Made by a program: the position numbers and the translations under genes
Notes under the pieces: generated by a model
The model's database searches: none
What the model was told of the DNA's origin: nothing
What the model saw: the letters and a program-made list of their open reading frames with translations, nothing else
Shown: positions 21,075-30,922 of the stretch, piece by piece
Position numbering within the stretch: position 1 is the first letter of the stretch
Layout: the number at the start of each line of letters is the position of its first letter
Origin: Candidatus Saccharimonadota bacterium
GTDB lineage: Bacteria > Pseudomonadota > Gammaproteobacteria > Enterobacterales > Enterobacteriaceae
Length of the DNA stretch: 32,000 bases
Assembly (NCBI RefSeq): GCF_023585745.1
Contig: NZ_CP097762.1
Coordinates: 570,001 to 602,000 of the forward strand
Direction: 5' to 3'

Positions 21075-22553
21075 TTAATAAAATATCGGATAATTAGGTG
21101 ATTCTTTTGTAATTATTACATCATGTACATGACTTTCTTTCATACCAGATGAACTAATACGAACAAACTTGGCATGTGTTCTTAAATCATTAATAGTTCG
21201 ACAACCAGTTAAACCCATACAAGAGCGTAATCCACCTATTAATTGATGAATAATTATTTCTAATTTTCCTTTGTAAGGCACTCTACCTTCAATACCTTCT
21301 GGAACTAACTTACATACAGAATCTCTTTGTTGAAAATATCTATCTGCAGATCCTTGAGACATAGCTGCTAATGAACCCATGCCCCGATAAGTCTTAAATG
21401 ATCTACCTTGATAAAATTCTATATCTCCAGGAGATTCTTCAGTTCCAGCCAGTAATGAGCCAATCATTACGCAATGTGCACCAGCTACAATAGCTTTAGC
21501 GATATCTCCTGAAAATCTAATTCCACCGTCTGCAATAATCGGAATATTAACATTCTTCAACGCGCTTGAAATATCAGAAATAGCTGTAATTTGAGGAATT
21601 CCTACACCCGTTACAATACGTGTCGTACAAATAGAACCCGGTCCTATTCCTACTTTTACTGCATTAACACCAGAATCTACTAATGCCATAGCTCCTAATT
21701 TAGTAACCACATTACCTCCAATAATAGGCAAATTAGGGTATATAGCGCGAATGTTTCTAATACATTTTAATACTCTATCCGAATGACCATGGGAAGAATC
21801 AATTAATAAAACATCTAAACCAGCCTCTACTAATTTAGTAACACGTTCTTCATAATCACAATCTATTCCAATAGCAGCTCCCACTCGTAATCTTCCATAA
21901 TTATCTTTACACGCATATGGTTTACGTTTTGCTTTTTCAAAATCTTTAGCTGTAATCATACCTTTTAAACAAAATTCAGAATCAACTAATAACACTTTTT
22001 CTACTCTTTTATTATGCATTTTACTTAAAACTATTTCTCGACTTTCCTTTTCTAAAACTGTCACTAAACGCTCTTTAGGTGTCATAACAGAAAACACATA
22101 ATCTGATAAATTACTAGCAAATCTAACATCTCGGCTTGTAATAATCCCCACTAAATTCTTTCCATTAATTACTACTGGATATCCTCCAAAACCGTTGCGA
22201 ACAGTAAGTTCTTTAACTTGTAACAAAGTCATATTTGGAGTAACACATTGCGGATTAGCAACCACTCCACTTTCATAACGTTTAACACGGTAAACTTCAT
22301 TAACTTGCTGCTCCAATGACATGTTTTTATGAATAAAACCTAATCCCCCTTCTTGAGCTAAAGCGATAGCTAAAGCCGACTCCGTAACTGTATCCATAGC
22401 TGAAGAAACAATAGGAATATTTAAAAACACAGAACTAGTTATAGAACTTTTCAAAATAGTCTCAGTAGGTAACACTCTTGAATAAGCAGGCACAATTAAA
22501 ACATCATCAAAAGTCAAAGCTTCCTTCAAAACATTAAACATTCTATTATCCAT
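21075..22553 (-). CDS. guaB: IMP dehydrogenase
   Basis: [13 protein letters not shown], a CBS-pair region, the catalytic loop [28 protein letters not shown] and C-terminal [11 protein letters not shown]. Possible starts are GTG 22556, ATG 22553 and ATG 22541; 22541 matches the E. coli N-terminal length best. Confidence 0.97.
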   Translation of the reverse strand: MDNRMFNVLKEALTFDDVLIVPAYSRVLPTETILKSSITSSVFLNIPIVSSAMDTVTESALAIALAQEGGLGFIHKNMSLEQQVNEVYRVKRYESGVVANPQCVTPNMTLLQVKELTVRNGFGGYPVVINGKNLVGIITSRDVRFASNLSDYVFSVMTPKERLVTVLEKESREIVLSKMHNKRVEKVLLVDSEFCLKGMITAKDFEKAKRKPYACKDNYGRLRVGAAIGIDCDYEERVTKLVEAGLDVLLIDSSHGHSDRVLKCIRNIRAIYPNLPIIGGNVVTKLGAMALVDSGVNAVKVGIGPGSICTTRIVTGVGIPQITAISDISSALKNVNIPIIADGGIRFSGDIAKAIVAGAHCVMIGSLLAGTEESPGDIEFYQGRSFKTYRGMGSLAAMSQGSADRYFQQRDSVCKLVPEGIEGRVPYKGKLEIIIHQLIGGLRSCMGLTGCRTINDLRTHAKFVRISSSGMKESHVHDVIITKESPNYPIFY

Positions 22554-22939
22554 CACGTAAATCTAATATTTAATTGTATATATAACATGTTATATATGGT
22601 TGACCCCCGCGCACCTAACGGTTCCATTTCTAGCATAATTTTTATAATTAATCAAGTTTAAAGTATGAGATTTATGAGGATTTGTATTACTAATTAAAAT
22701 TAGTATATTTATTAGAGACTAATAGTTTTAATAGGTTTCGAAAGTTATAAATAGATTTTATTTTAATTAGTATTAGTTTATTATGTTTATTTTGATGTAT
22801 ATAATTAATATTAAATTATTACTTGTATGTTATACATAACAGTATTGATATTAGATTTTTGTGAGTTAAATATTTTGATTGATATTTAAAATTATTTTAG
22901 ATGATATGTGAAATTATTTGTTATATTTGAGTGGCGTAA
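22554..22939. other. Strand-composition switch point, a candidate replication origin region
   Basis: The + strand changes from C>G, A>T (left) to G>C, T>A (right) within this spacer. Hand counts are given in the findings. This is an inference from skew polarity only; I recognised no DnaA box within one mismatch of TTATNCACA. Confidence 0.45.
22578..22597. repeat. 20-bp perfect palindrome next to the guaB start
   Basis: atatataaca/tgttatatat; 10 pairs were checked by hand. It directly abuts the GC island at 22598-22625. Confidence 0.8.
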
Positions 22940-24505
22940 ATGAAAAAAATTACTATTTTACCTGAATCGTGTGGTTTTCTAGAACGTAAATCATCTGTGG
23001 ATGTGGTATTAGTTGGAGCGGGTATTATGAGTATAACTTTTGGAATGTTTTTGACTTACCTTGAGCCAACTTGGAGTATTCATATATATGAACGTCTTGA
23101 TGGTTCAGCTCAGGAAAGTACTAACATTTGGAATAATGCTGGAACTGGTCATGCAGCTTTTTGTGAGTTGAATTATACGCCGTATGGTAAGGATGGAGTT
23201 GTTAATATTGAAAAAGCGATTGCTATTAATGAAGCGTTTGAGATGTCACTTCAATTTTGGGCTTTTTTGGTAGAAAATGAAGTTATTCATTATCCAGGTT
23301 CGTTTATTAATAATGTGCCACATATGAGTTTTGTTTGGAATAAAGAAAATGTTGATTTTTTAAAACGACGTTTTCAAGCATTGCAAAATAATATTTTATT
23401 TAGTGGAATGATGTATTCTGAAGATTTAGAACAAATTTATAAATGGGCTCCTCTTATTATGAATGGACGTAGCATGTCTCAGAAAGTAGCTGCTACTTTT
23501 ATGCAGATAGGGACAGATATTAATTTTGGTGAACTTACTAAACAGATGTTTAGTGCGTTAAAAAACAATATAAATTGTAGTGTATATTTACAACATGATG
23601 TAATTTCGTTGCATTGTAATAGTGATGCTACTTGGAGGGTGCATATACTAGATAAGCGGTGTAGACAAAAAAAAGATATTTGTGCGAGTTATGTTTTTAT
23701 AGGCGCTGGGGGTAGGGCATTAAATTTATTACAAACTTCTAGAATTCCGGAGATTTTTAAATATGCTGGATTTCCGGTAGGTGGAAAATTTTTAGTTACT
23801 AAAAATCCTGCAATTGTTTCACAGCATTTTGCTAAAGTATATGGTCAAGCATCCATGCATGCACCGCCAATGTCAGTGCCACATATGGATACTAGAATTT
23901 TGAATGGTAAAAAATTTTTATTATTTGGTCCATTTGCTACTTTTAGCAGTAAGTTTTTAAAAAGTGGTTCATGGTTAGATTTGTTTAATTCATTAAATAG
24001 GCATAATTTATTTTCGATTCTACAAGTAGGTATAGATAATTTTGAGCTAATTAAGTACTTAATTAATCAATTAGTAATGTCAGATAAAAAGCGTATTGCT
24101 AAACTAAAAGAATATTATCCTAAAGCTAATTCATCAGATTGGATCTTAGTTACAGCAGGACAGCGCGTTCAGATTATAAAGACAAATGATGACAGTGATG
24201 AAAAAAGAGGGGTATTACAGTTTGGGACAGAAGTAGTTAGTTCTCATAACGGTACTTTATCAGGATTACTAGGTGCTTCTCCTGGAGCGTCTACTGTAGT
24301 TGCTATAGTATTAGAAATATTACAGAAAATGTTTAGAGGTAAAATGGATAGTATAGCGTGGAAAGAAAAGCTCATGGATATGATACCTACTTACAAGTGT
24401 AAGTTAAGTCATGATATTGTATTGGTAAATAAAATTAGACGGTACACTTGTGATAGGTTGGGGTTAAAGTATTTAGAAGCTGTTTCTCATAAAAAATGCA
24501 GTTAG
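22940..24505 (+). CDS. mqo: Malate:quinone oxidoreductase
   Basis: 521 aa with the FAD fold DVVLVGAGIMS, then QES.N.WNNAGTGH.A..ELNYTP, VPHMSFVW, FVFIGAGG.AL.LLQ, GFPVGG.FLV, APPMSVPH.DTR, GQRVQIIK and LLGASPGAST. It is colinear with recalled E. coli Mqo. Confidence 0.93.
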   Translation: MKKITILPESCGFLERKSSVDVVLVGAGIMSITFGMFLTYLEPTWSIHIYERLDGSAQESTNIWNNAGTGHAAFCELNYTPYGKDGVVNIEKAIAINEAFEMSLQFWAFLVENEVIHYPGSFINNVPHMSFVWNKENVDFLKRRFQALQNNILFSGMMYSEDLEQIYKWAPLIMNGRSMSQKVAATFMQIGTDINFGELTKQMFSALKNNINCSVYLQHDVISLHCNSDATWRVHILDKRCRQKKDICASYVFIGAGGRALNLLQTSRIPEIFKYAGFPVGGKFLVTKNPAIVSQHFAKVYGQASMHAPPMSVPHMDTRILNGKKFLLFGPFATFSSKFLKSGSWLDLFNSLNRHNLFSILQVGIDNFELIKYLINQLVMSDKKRIAKLKEYYPKANSSDWILVTAGQRVQIIKTNDDSDEKRGVLQFGTEVVSSHNGTLSGLLGASPGASTVVAIVLEILQKMFRGKMDSIAWKEKLMDMIPTYKCKLSHDIVLVNKIRRYTCDRLGLKYLEAVSHKKCS

Positions 24506-24554
24506 ATTTTATGTATTTTATTTATTATTTAAATATATTAATAGATTGAAGGTG

Positions 24555-26027
24555 TTATTTTTTATTTAGCAGTGATTTAGCGGTATTTTTGAAATATATA
24601 TGCAATAGAATTCCAGTTATTTTAAGTGTACGGTAAAAAAAATTTTTTAAATATTGTTGATAGTGTTTAGGAAGTTTGTTGGCATGAGGACCGTGAATAA
24701 TGAAAGTTAATGGATTATTTTTTCCAATATGAATGTGTTTTAATTTTATTTGTTTACTCTTATTAAAAGGTGGGGGAGGAACTTTAGTAGTAGCAGCGTA
24801 TAAAATTGATATGAGTTTTGTTGTAGTGATATTTTTTATAGAATTTAGATGTGTGTTATGTATTGATTGGAAGAGCTTTTTTATTCCTGTTCCATATAAG
24901 GCTGAAATAAAATATATTTTTGTGTAGTGAATAAAATGTATTTTATTATATAGTGATTGTTTGATTGTATGTTGTGAAGTTTTAGAAATTTTATCCCATT
25001 TGTTTATTGCGATTATTAGTGCTGCACTATTTTTTAGTATAAAATGTAACAACTGTAAATCTTTATTGGAAATTCCCATACTTATATCATTTAAAAATAA
25101 TACAATTTGTGCAGTTTTTATAATTTGGTATGTTTTAAGTGTATAAATTTTTTCTGTAGTATTGCGATTTTTTTGTATTCCGGCAGTGTCAATTAATATA
25201 TATTTTTGCTTATTATAAATAATAGGTATGCTGGTACTATTTCTAGTAGTACCGGGTGCGCTATCAGCAATTACACGATTAGTTTTTAAAATATAATTAA
25301 TTAAGGTAGATTTACCAGAATTGGGACATCCTACAATAGCTAGGGTTACAGCGTTTTTTTCTGTTTTTTTTATTATGGGTAATTCCGTATGTAATTTGGT
25401 ACAAATAATTTTATTATTTGTTGATTTAATTTTTTTAGTATTATTTTTACTATGCAAAATTTTTTTATGTATATGATTTAGCAGATTATTTTTATTATGA
25501 CCGATTTTATTTTTAGCAATACATAAGAATAATTGTTTTATTAGGTTTTTTATTCCATAACCATGCATTGCAGATATAAACATTATATGTTTTGTGTAGT
25601 AAAAAGGATATTCCCACAGGGAATTATTTATTAAGTTTTTGACGTTATCAATTTTATTGATAATAAAAAATATATGTTTTTTTTCTGTTTTTACTAAATT
25701 TTTTATTATTTCATTGTCTGAAGTAGATTGATGAGCGCGTTTGTCTGTAATATACAATAGAATATCAGATTCTTTTATAGCTAAATTCGTCTGATAAAAA
25801 ATGCTACTTTGAATGGTTTCGTTTTTATTATTGTGTAATTCATCAATTCCTCCAGTATCAATTAGAATAGATTTAAAGTTTTTACATTGAAAGAAACCAT
25901 ACTGTCTGTCCCGTGTCGACCCCGGGTAGGGAGAAATTAAAGAATCGTTTTTTTGCGTTAGTTTATTAAATAGAGTAGATTTTCCTACATTTTTCCTCCC
26001 AATTAAGGCAATAATGGGCATTGTCAT
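24555..26027 (-). CDS. der: Ribosome-associated GTPase Der (EngA), with two tandem GTPase domains
   Basis: Two G-domains are present. The first has GRKNVGKST / DTGG / NKID and the second has GCPNSGKST / DTAG / NKWD. A Lys/Asn-rich linker lies between them. An alternative ATG lies at 26021. Confidence 0.95.
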   Translation of the reverse strand: MTMPIIALIGRKNVGKSTLFNKLTQKNDSLISPYPGSTRDRQYGFFQCKNFKSILIDTGGIDELHNNKNETIQSSIFYQTNLAIKESDILLYITDKRAHQSTSDNEIIKNLVKTEKKHIFFIINKIDNVKNLINNSLWEYPFYYTKHIMFISAMHGYGIKNLIKQLFLCIAKNKIGHNKNNLLNHIHKKILHSKNNTKKIKSTNNKIICTKLHTELPIIKKTEKNAVTLAIVGCPNSGKSTLINYILKTNRVIADSAPGTTRNSTSIPIIYNKQKYILIDTAGIQKNRNTTEKIYTLKTYQIIKTAQIVLFLNDISMGISNKDLQLLHFILKNSAALIIAINKWDKISKTSQHTIKQSLYNKIHFIHYTKIYFISALYGTGIKKLFQSIHNTHLNSIKNITTTKLISILYAATTKVPPPPFNKSKQIKLKHIHIGKNNPLTFIIHGPHANKLPKHYQQYLKNFFYRTLKITGILLHIYFKNTAKSLLNKK

Positions 26028-26241
26028 TTTAGTTTTTAATATTTTATGTTGTTAATTTATAAGTGTTCTTATTAAGACATAGTACTATAGTAGTTATTAT
26101 AGCTCAATATTATAATATACATAATAGTTGGTAATATTTGTTTCGTATATTTTATAATGTATGGTGTGTTTTATTTTATATATATTGTATATGTATAATA
26201 TTTTTGTATAAATTTTATCGGTAATATATTATTTTTATGTG

Positions 26242-27534
26242 TTATATATTTAAGATGTATTTTAATTTCGTATTAATTTCATGCAATTTCAGTATTTCTT
26301 CTGCATTTGTTTGTAAGTTTTTTAATATAATAGTTTTTTTTAAAAAATTTTCTTCATTTAATATTAGTAAAATTTTTGTTTTATTTTTATAAGCGAGATG
26401 TATTTGTTTTTTTATACTGTCTTTTCTGTGGTGTACTATTAATCGAATAGATGGGAATTCTGATCGAATATTTTCAGATATTAAAATTGCATGTTTTTGT
26501 ATATCGAAATCTGAAGAATTAATTAAATATACATCGTTATGGATATTTTTATTAAAAATTTCATGATTAATTGCTTGCATTAATAATATTATGCGTTCTA
26601 TTCCCATAGAAAAACCTATGGCGGGTACCGATGGTCCCCCGAGTTCTTGTATTAGTGTATCGTAACGGCCACCTGCACAAATGGTTTTTTTTTTGTTATT
26701 ATGATCAGTAGTAGTAATCCATTCGAAGACTGTCTTATTGTAATAATCTAAACCACGTACTAAATATGGATTAATTGTATATGGTATTTTTGTCGCATCT
26801 AATAACTGACATAATTTAGAAAAATGAGTGTGTGAATCGTTATCTAAATAATCATTTATCATTGGTGCTGCATGTAATAGTTCTTTAGTTGCGTGATTTT
26901 TTGTATCTAAGATACGTAGTGGGTTGGAATGTAGTCGGCGTAAAGCGTAATGATCTAATTTTTTTAAATGTTTTTCTAAAAAAGATATTAATTTTTTACG
27001 ATAATTCGTCCTAGATTGTATGGAACCTATTGAATTTATTTCTAAAGAGATATTTTTGTTGATGCCTAATTTTTCCCAACAACGCGCAGTAATCAGAATT
27101 AACTCAGCATCTATATTTGGTCCAGTACATCCAAAAGCTTCTGCGCTGAATTGGTGAAATTGTCTATGACGACCTTTTTGTGGTCTTTCATAACGAAACA
27201 TTGGTCCATAGTACCATAGACGTTGTTCTTGATTATTATAAAATAATCCGTGTTCAATTCCAGCCCTAACACATCCCGACGTGCCTTCTGGACGTAGTGT
27301 TATGCTGTTTTCATTACGATCTTTAAAATTATACATTTCTTTTTCTACTACATCGGTAATTTCTCCAATAGATCGTTGAAATAAATTTGTATTTTCTACG
27401 ATAGGAAATCGTATTTCTTTATATCCGTAATCGTGTACAATAGATTTTAGAGTATGTTCTATATATTGCCAAATTATAGTGTCTTTTGGTAAGATATCGT
27501 GCATACCTCGGATAGATTGGATACTTTTATTCAT
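26242..27534 (-). CDS. hisS: Histidine--tRNA ligase
   Basis: 430 aa: IRGMHDILP, the motif 2 region LWY.GPMFRYERPQKGR.RQFHQ, and class II motif 3 with the His-binding GGRYD. It follows der-hisS-ispG synteny. Confidence 0.96.
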   Translation of the reverse strand: MNKSIQSIRGMHDILPKDTIIWQYIEHTLKSIVHDYGYKEIRFPIVENTNLFQRSIGEITDVVEKEMYNFKDRNENSITLRPEGTSGCVRAGIEHGLFYNNQEQRLWYYGPMFRYERPQKGRHRQFHQFSAEAFGCTGPNIDAELILITARCWEKLGINKNISLEINSIGSIQSRTNYRKKLISFLEKHLKKLDHYALRRLHSNPLRILDTKNHATKELLHAAPMINDYLDNDSHTHFSKLCQLLDATKIPYTINPYLVRGLDYYNKTVFEWITTTDHNNKKKTICAGGRYDTLIQELGGPSVPAIGFSMGIERIILLMQAINHEIFNKNIHNDVYLINSSDFDIQKHAILISENIRSEFPSIRLIVHHRKDSIKKQIHLAYKNKTKILLILNEENFLKKTIILKNLQTNAEEILKLHEINTKLKYILNI

Positions 27535-27590
27535 ACTTGTATTATTAAATAAGATTGGTTATTTGTTTGTTATAGTAAAAATTTTTTATT

Positions 27591-28676
27591 CTAAAATTTA
27601 GATTTTTTTCTAATTCGACGTTCTAATTCTTCCACAATCCTGTCGTTATCACAGCGTGTTTTTTGTCGAATCCCATCTTCATATATACCGCTCTTTTTTT
27701 TTGCTCCGGCAACTCCGATAGTTGATTTTATCGCTTCACCTGGACCGTTAACTACGCAACCAATCACAGAGACATTCATGGGAGTAGTAATATCACTAAT
27801 TTTTTCTTCTAGAGAATTTGCTACTTTAATTACATCAAATTCTTGTCGAGCGCATCCTGGGCAAGCTATAATGTTTACACCTTGCTGGCGTAAATTTAAT
27901 GTCCTTAAAATGTCAAATGCTACTTTTACCTCTTCTACGGGATCTGCGGCCAAAGAAATGCGCATTGTATCTCCAATTCCTTCATTTAACAAAAATCCTA
28001 ATGTTATAGCAGATTTTACTGTTCCGTTACGGAATGTTCCAGATTCAGTTAGCCCTATATGTAGCGGTTGATCTATTTTTTTTGCTAGTTCACGATATGC
28101 TTGTATTGTAATTAGAGCATCAGAGGATTTAATACTAACTTTAAATTGATGAAAATTTAGTTTTTCTAAAATGTTTACATGTTTCATTGCAGATTCTAAT
28201 AAAATATTTGCTGTTATTTTACCATTGTATTTTTTTTGCAAATCATGTTCAAGAGATCCAGAATTTACACCGATACGGATAGATATATTTTTGTCTTGTG
28301 CACAGTGTACTACAGATTTAATTCTTTCAATATTTCCAATATTTCCAGGATTGATTCGTAAGCAATCTGCTCCATATTCTGCAGCTTTTAATGCAATACG
28401 ATAATCAAAATGAATATCTGCTACTAATGGAACATCAGTAATTTTTTGTTTAATTATTTTAAACGTTTCTGCAGCGTCAATGGTGGGTATGGATATTCGT
28501 ATAATGTCTACTCCTGCTTTTTTTAAAGATTGGATTTGTTGAATAGTTGCTGCTATATCTGTAGTACGAGTATTCACCATAGATTGTATTGAGATTGGTG
28601 CGTTATCTCCAATTGGGACGTTGCCTACATAGATTCGTGTAGATTTTCTACGTATAATGTTTGATAAATTTTTCAT
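27591..28676 (-). CDS. ispG: 4-hydroxy-3-methylbut-2-enyl diphosphate synthase (flavodoxin)
   Basis: 361 aa: [31 protein letters not shown], and the Fe-S cysteines in ACPGCAR and [10 protein letters not shown]. Confidence 0.96.
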   Translation of the reverse strand: MKNLSNIIRRKSTRIYVGNVPIGDNAPISIQSMVNTRTTDIAATIQQIQSLKKAGVDIIRISIPTIDAAETFKIIKQKITDVPLVADIHFDYRIALKAAEYGADCLRINPGNIGNIERIKSVVHCAQDKNISIRIGVNSGSLEHDLQKKYNGKITANILLESAMKHVNILEKLNFHQFKVSIKSSDALITIQAYRELAKKIDQPLHIGLTESGTFRNGTVKSAITLGFLLNEGIGDTMRISLAADPVEEVKVAFDILRTLNLRQQGVNIIACPGCARQEFDVIKVANSLEEKISDITTPMNVSVIGCVVNGPGEAIKSTIGVAGAKKKSGIYEDGIRQKTRCDNDRIVEELERRIRKKSKF

Positions 28677-28911
28677 ATTTCTTCCTTTAGATTGTTGAGA
28701 AAAATTTAATATACATGAGTTATATATTGTATAATTTTTTATTTACTATGTTCTAAATTATAGAATATTATAAGTAATATGCTGTTAAATATAGAACATA
28801 CTATATTTATAATATGTTTGTAATGATATGTTATAATTTTTTATAGTTTGTGTTTATTTAATTTATATAATAAAGTTTTATTAGCGTAGTATTTACTATT
28901 AATAAAATTAA

Positions 28912-30042
28912 TTAAGTAATATTGTTTACTGCAATATTGTTAGTGTAATTTGTACAGTTAGAAATATTAAAATTTATACGATTTGTTATTGTTCCTGTTA
29001 ATTGTCCACAAGCAGCATTGATATCTGCTCCTCTAGTTTTTCTGATGATAGTGTTAATTTTGTACTGTAATAAAATTTGTAAGAATTTATGTATACGAAT
29101 ACGTGAGCTACAGGTATATGGAGTATTTGGAATTGGATTCCATGGTATTAAATTAATTTTACATGGAATTCCTTTAAGTTTTTTTGCTAATTGATGAGCA
29201 TGTGATATATCATCATTAACATGATTTAATAGAATATATTCTATTGTTATTCGTCTGTGATTAGATTTAAAGTGTTTTGAGTATTTATTTACTGAATTTA
29301 ATATATTACTAATATTATATTTATTATTAATTGGCATAATTTTGCTTCTAATATGATCATTTGGAGCATGTAGTGATATAGCTATTGGTATATCTACTAT
29401 ATCTGTTAGTTTTTCTATGCCAGGGACTATCCCAGCAGTTGATAAAGTAATACGTCTTTTTGAAATTCCAAAGCCTAATTTATCTAATATAATCTTTATA
29501 GCTGATGTGACATTTTTAATATTTAGGAGTGGTTCTCCCATTCCCATAAATACAATATTAGTAATTGGAGAATATTTATTATGTGTAATATTTTTATTTA
29601 GTTGAATAGTTTTAGATATTTGCCATACTTGACCCACAATTTCTGATACTTTCAAATTTCTATTAAATCCTTGTTGTGCAGTTGCACAGAAACTACATCC
29701 TACAGCGCATCCAATTTGTGATGATATACATAATGTAGTTCTATAGATTTCAGGAATATAAATTGTTTCTATTTCTTGTGTATCAACTTGCATAGTCCAT
29801 TTTATTGTGCCATCTAAAGATATTTGTTTTTTTTTTATTATTGGAGCGCGTATTTCAGAGATTTTTGCTAATTTTTTTTTTAAATTTATACTGAGATTTG
29901 TCATTTGATTGAAATCATTGCAGTAATAATGATAAATCCATTTCATTATTTGATATCCTCGAAAAGGTTTTTCACCGATTTTTTGGAAAAAGTTTAATAA
30001 TTCTTCTCGGTTCATATTCAGAAGATTTATTTTTGTGTTCAT
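28912..30042 (-). CDS. rlmN: 23S rRNA m2A2503 / tRNA m2A37 radical-SAM methyltransferase
   Basis: KINLL.....EL..FF...GEKPFR..Q.MKW.YH, the radical-SAM CxxxCxxC motif (GCAVGCSFCAT), MGMGEPL and the C-terminal catalytic Cys context AACGQL. The ATG at 30042 (MNTKINLL) fits the E. coli alignment. The track's GTG at 30087 adds 15 non-homologous residues. Confidence 0.94.
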   Translation of the reverse strand: MNTKINLLNMNREELLNFFQKIGEKPFRGYQIMKWIYHYYCNDFNQMTNLSINLKKKLAKISEIRAPIIKKKQISLDGTIKWTMQVDTQEIETIYIPEIYRTTLCISSQIGCAVGCSFCATAQQGFNRNLKVSEIVGQVWQISKTIQLNKNITHNKYSPITNIVFMGMGEPLLNIKNVTSAIKIILDKLGFGISKRRITLSTAGIVPGIEKLTDIVDIPIAISLHAPNDHIRSKIMPINNKYNISNILNSVNKYSKHFKSNHRRITIEYILLNHVNDDISHAHQLAKKLKGIPCKINLIPWNPIPNTPYTCSSRIRIHKFLQILLQYKINTIIRKTRGADINAACGQLTGTITNRINFNISNCTNYTNNIAVNNIT

Positions 30043-30290
30043 TAATGAGTCCCTAATTATTAATTTATTGTATATAAACATTAGCACACATACTTTATGT
30101 ACTAAAGTAGCATGGTTTTATATTTTTAAAAAATATAAATTTACTTGTTATAAAAGGTTAATTCATATTAATATATGATGTGTGCTATTGATTAATTTTA
30201 ATTTTTATGAACAGTTTATTTATTAATACGTAATATATATGTTTTTACAATTTGAGATATTTTAATTTAGTATAATTAAGTTGTTATTTT

Positions 30291-30698
30291 TTAAAAAAAA
30301 TAAGAAATTTCACGTATGGCGGATTTTTTAGAATCAGAACCATGAATAGCATTTTTAGTGCAATTATAGCCATAATCAGATCGGATAGTACCCGATAAAG
30401 CAACAGTTGGGTCAGTAGCTCCCATGATTTCTCGATTTTTTTTTATAGCTTGATAACCCTTTAATATTTGTATAAATATAGGACCAGAAATCATAAAATT
30501 TATTAATTCGTTAAAAAAGAATTTATTTTGATGTGCTGCATAAAATTCGGATGCTTGTATTGAGGTAAGTTGTAGTATTTTGGCATTTACTATCATTAAA
30601 CCTGAAGTTTCCAATCTATTAATTATAGCTCCGATAACATTTTTAGCTACTGCGTCAGGTTTGATAATAGACAATGTATGTTCTGTTTTAATAGACAT
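30291..30698 (-). CDS. ndk: Nucleoside diphosphate kinase
   Basis: 135 aa: T.SIIKPDAVAKNVIG.I..R.E, the active-site His in NAIHGSDS, and a C-terminal REI.YFF. Confidence 0.96.
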   Translation of the reverse strand: MSIKTEHTLSIIKPDAVAKNVIGAIINRLETSGLMIVNAKILQLTSIQASEFYAAHQNKFFFNELINFMISGPIFIQILKGYQAIKKNREIMGATDPTVALSGTIRSDYGYNCTKNAIHGSDSKKSAIREISYFF

Positions 30699-30922
30699 AA
30701 ATATTCCTATTGTTGATTAACATAGCGTGCAGTTTACTTGTTTAAGTTTTGTTAAATTTTAAATAAACAAAGTATTTTTATTTTTTTGATTTTTAAGATA
30801 TCTGTGCTTATTAATAGTATATATCTTATGTGTTTATTTTAATTTTGTTAAAGACAAAGACTATATGTTCATTGTGTTTTGGTTATATATTCAACACTAT
30901 ATATTAGTGTTGGTATTTATTA

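Noticed and set aside
22596-22661. 21-codon ORF (MVDPRAPNGSISSIIFIINQV) starting in the GC island, possibly a relic of the xseA 5' end
   Set aside because: The only resemblance to the E. coli XseA N-terminus (..AIFTVSRLNQTV..) is IF...NQ.V, which is far too weak. The ORF is too short and has no SD motif. I keep it only as one speculative explanation of the GC island.
24733-25146. ORFs 24733-24927(+) and 24961-25146(+), antisense to der
   Set aside because: They are embedded in der. The G/T-rich + strand here readily produces open antisense frames.
27778-28404. ORFs 27778-28071(+) and 28171-28404(+), antisense to ispG
   Set aside because: They are shadow ORFs inside a conserved CDS.
29417-29605. 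ORF 29417-29605(+), antisense to rlmN
   Set aside because: It is a shadow ORF inside a conserved CDS.
30117-30139. 23-bp palindrome tttatatttttaaaaaatataaa upstream of rlmN
   Set aside because: It is composed only of A/T and built around a T5/A6 run. Palindromes of this kind are expected by chance in spacers of this composition.
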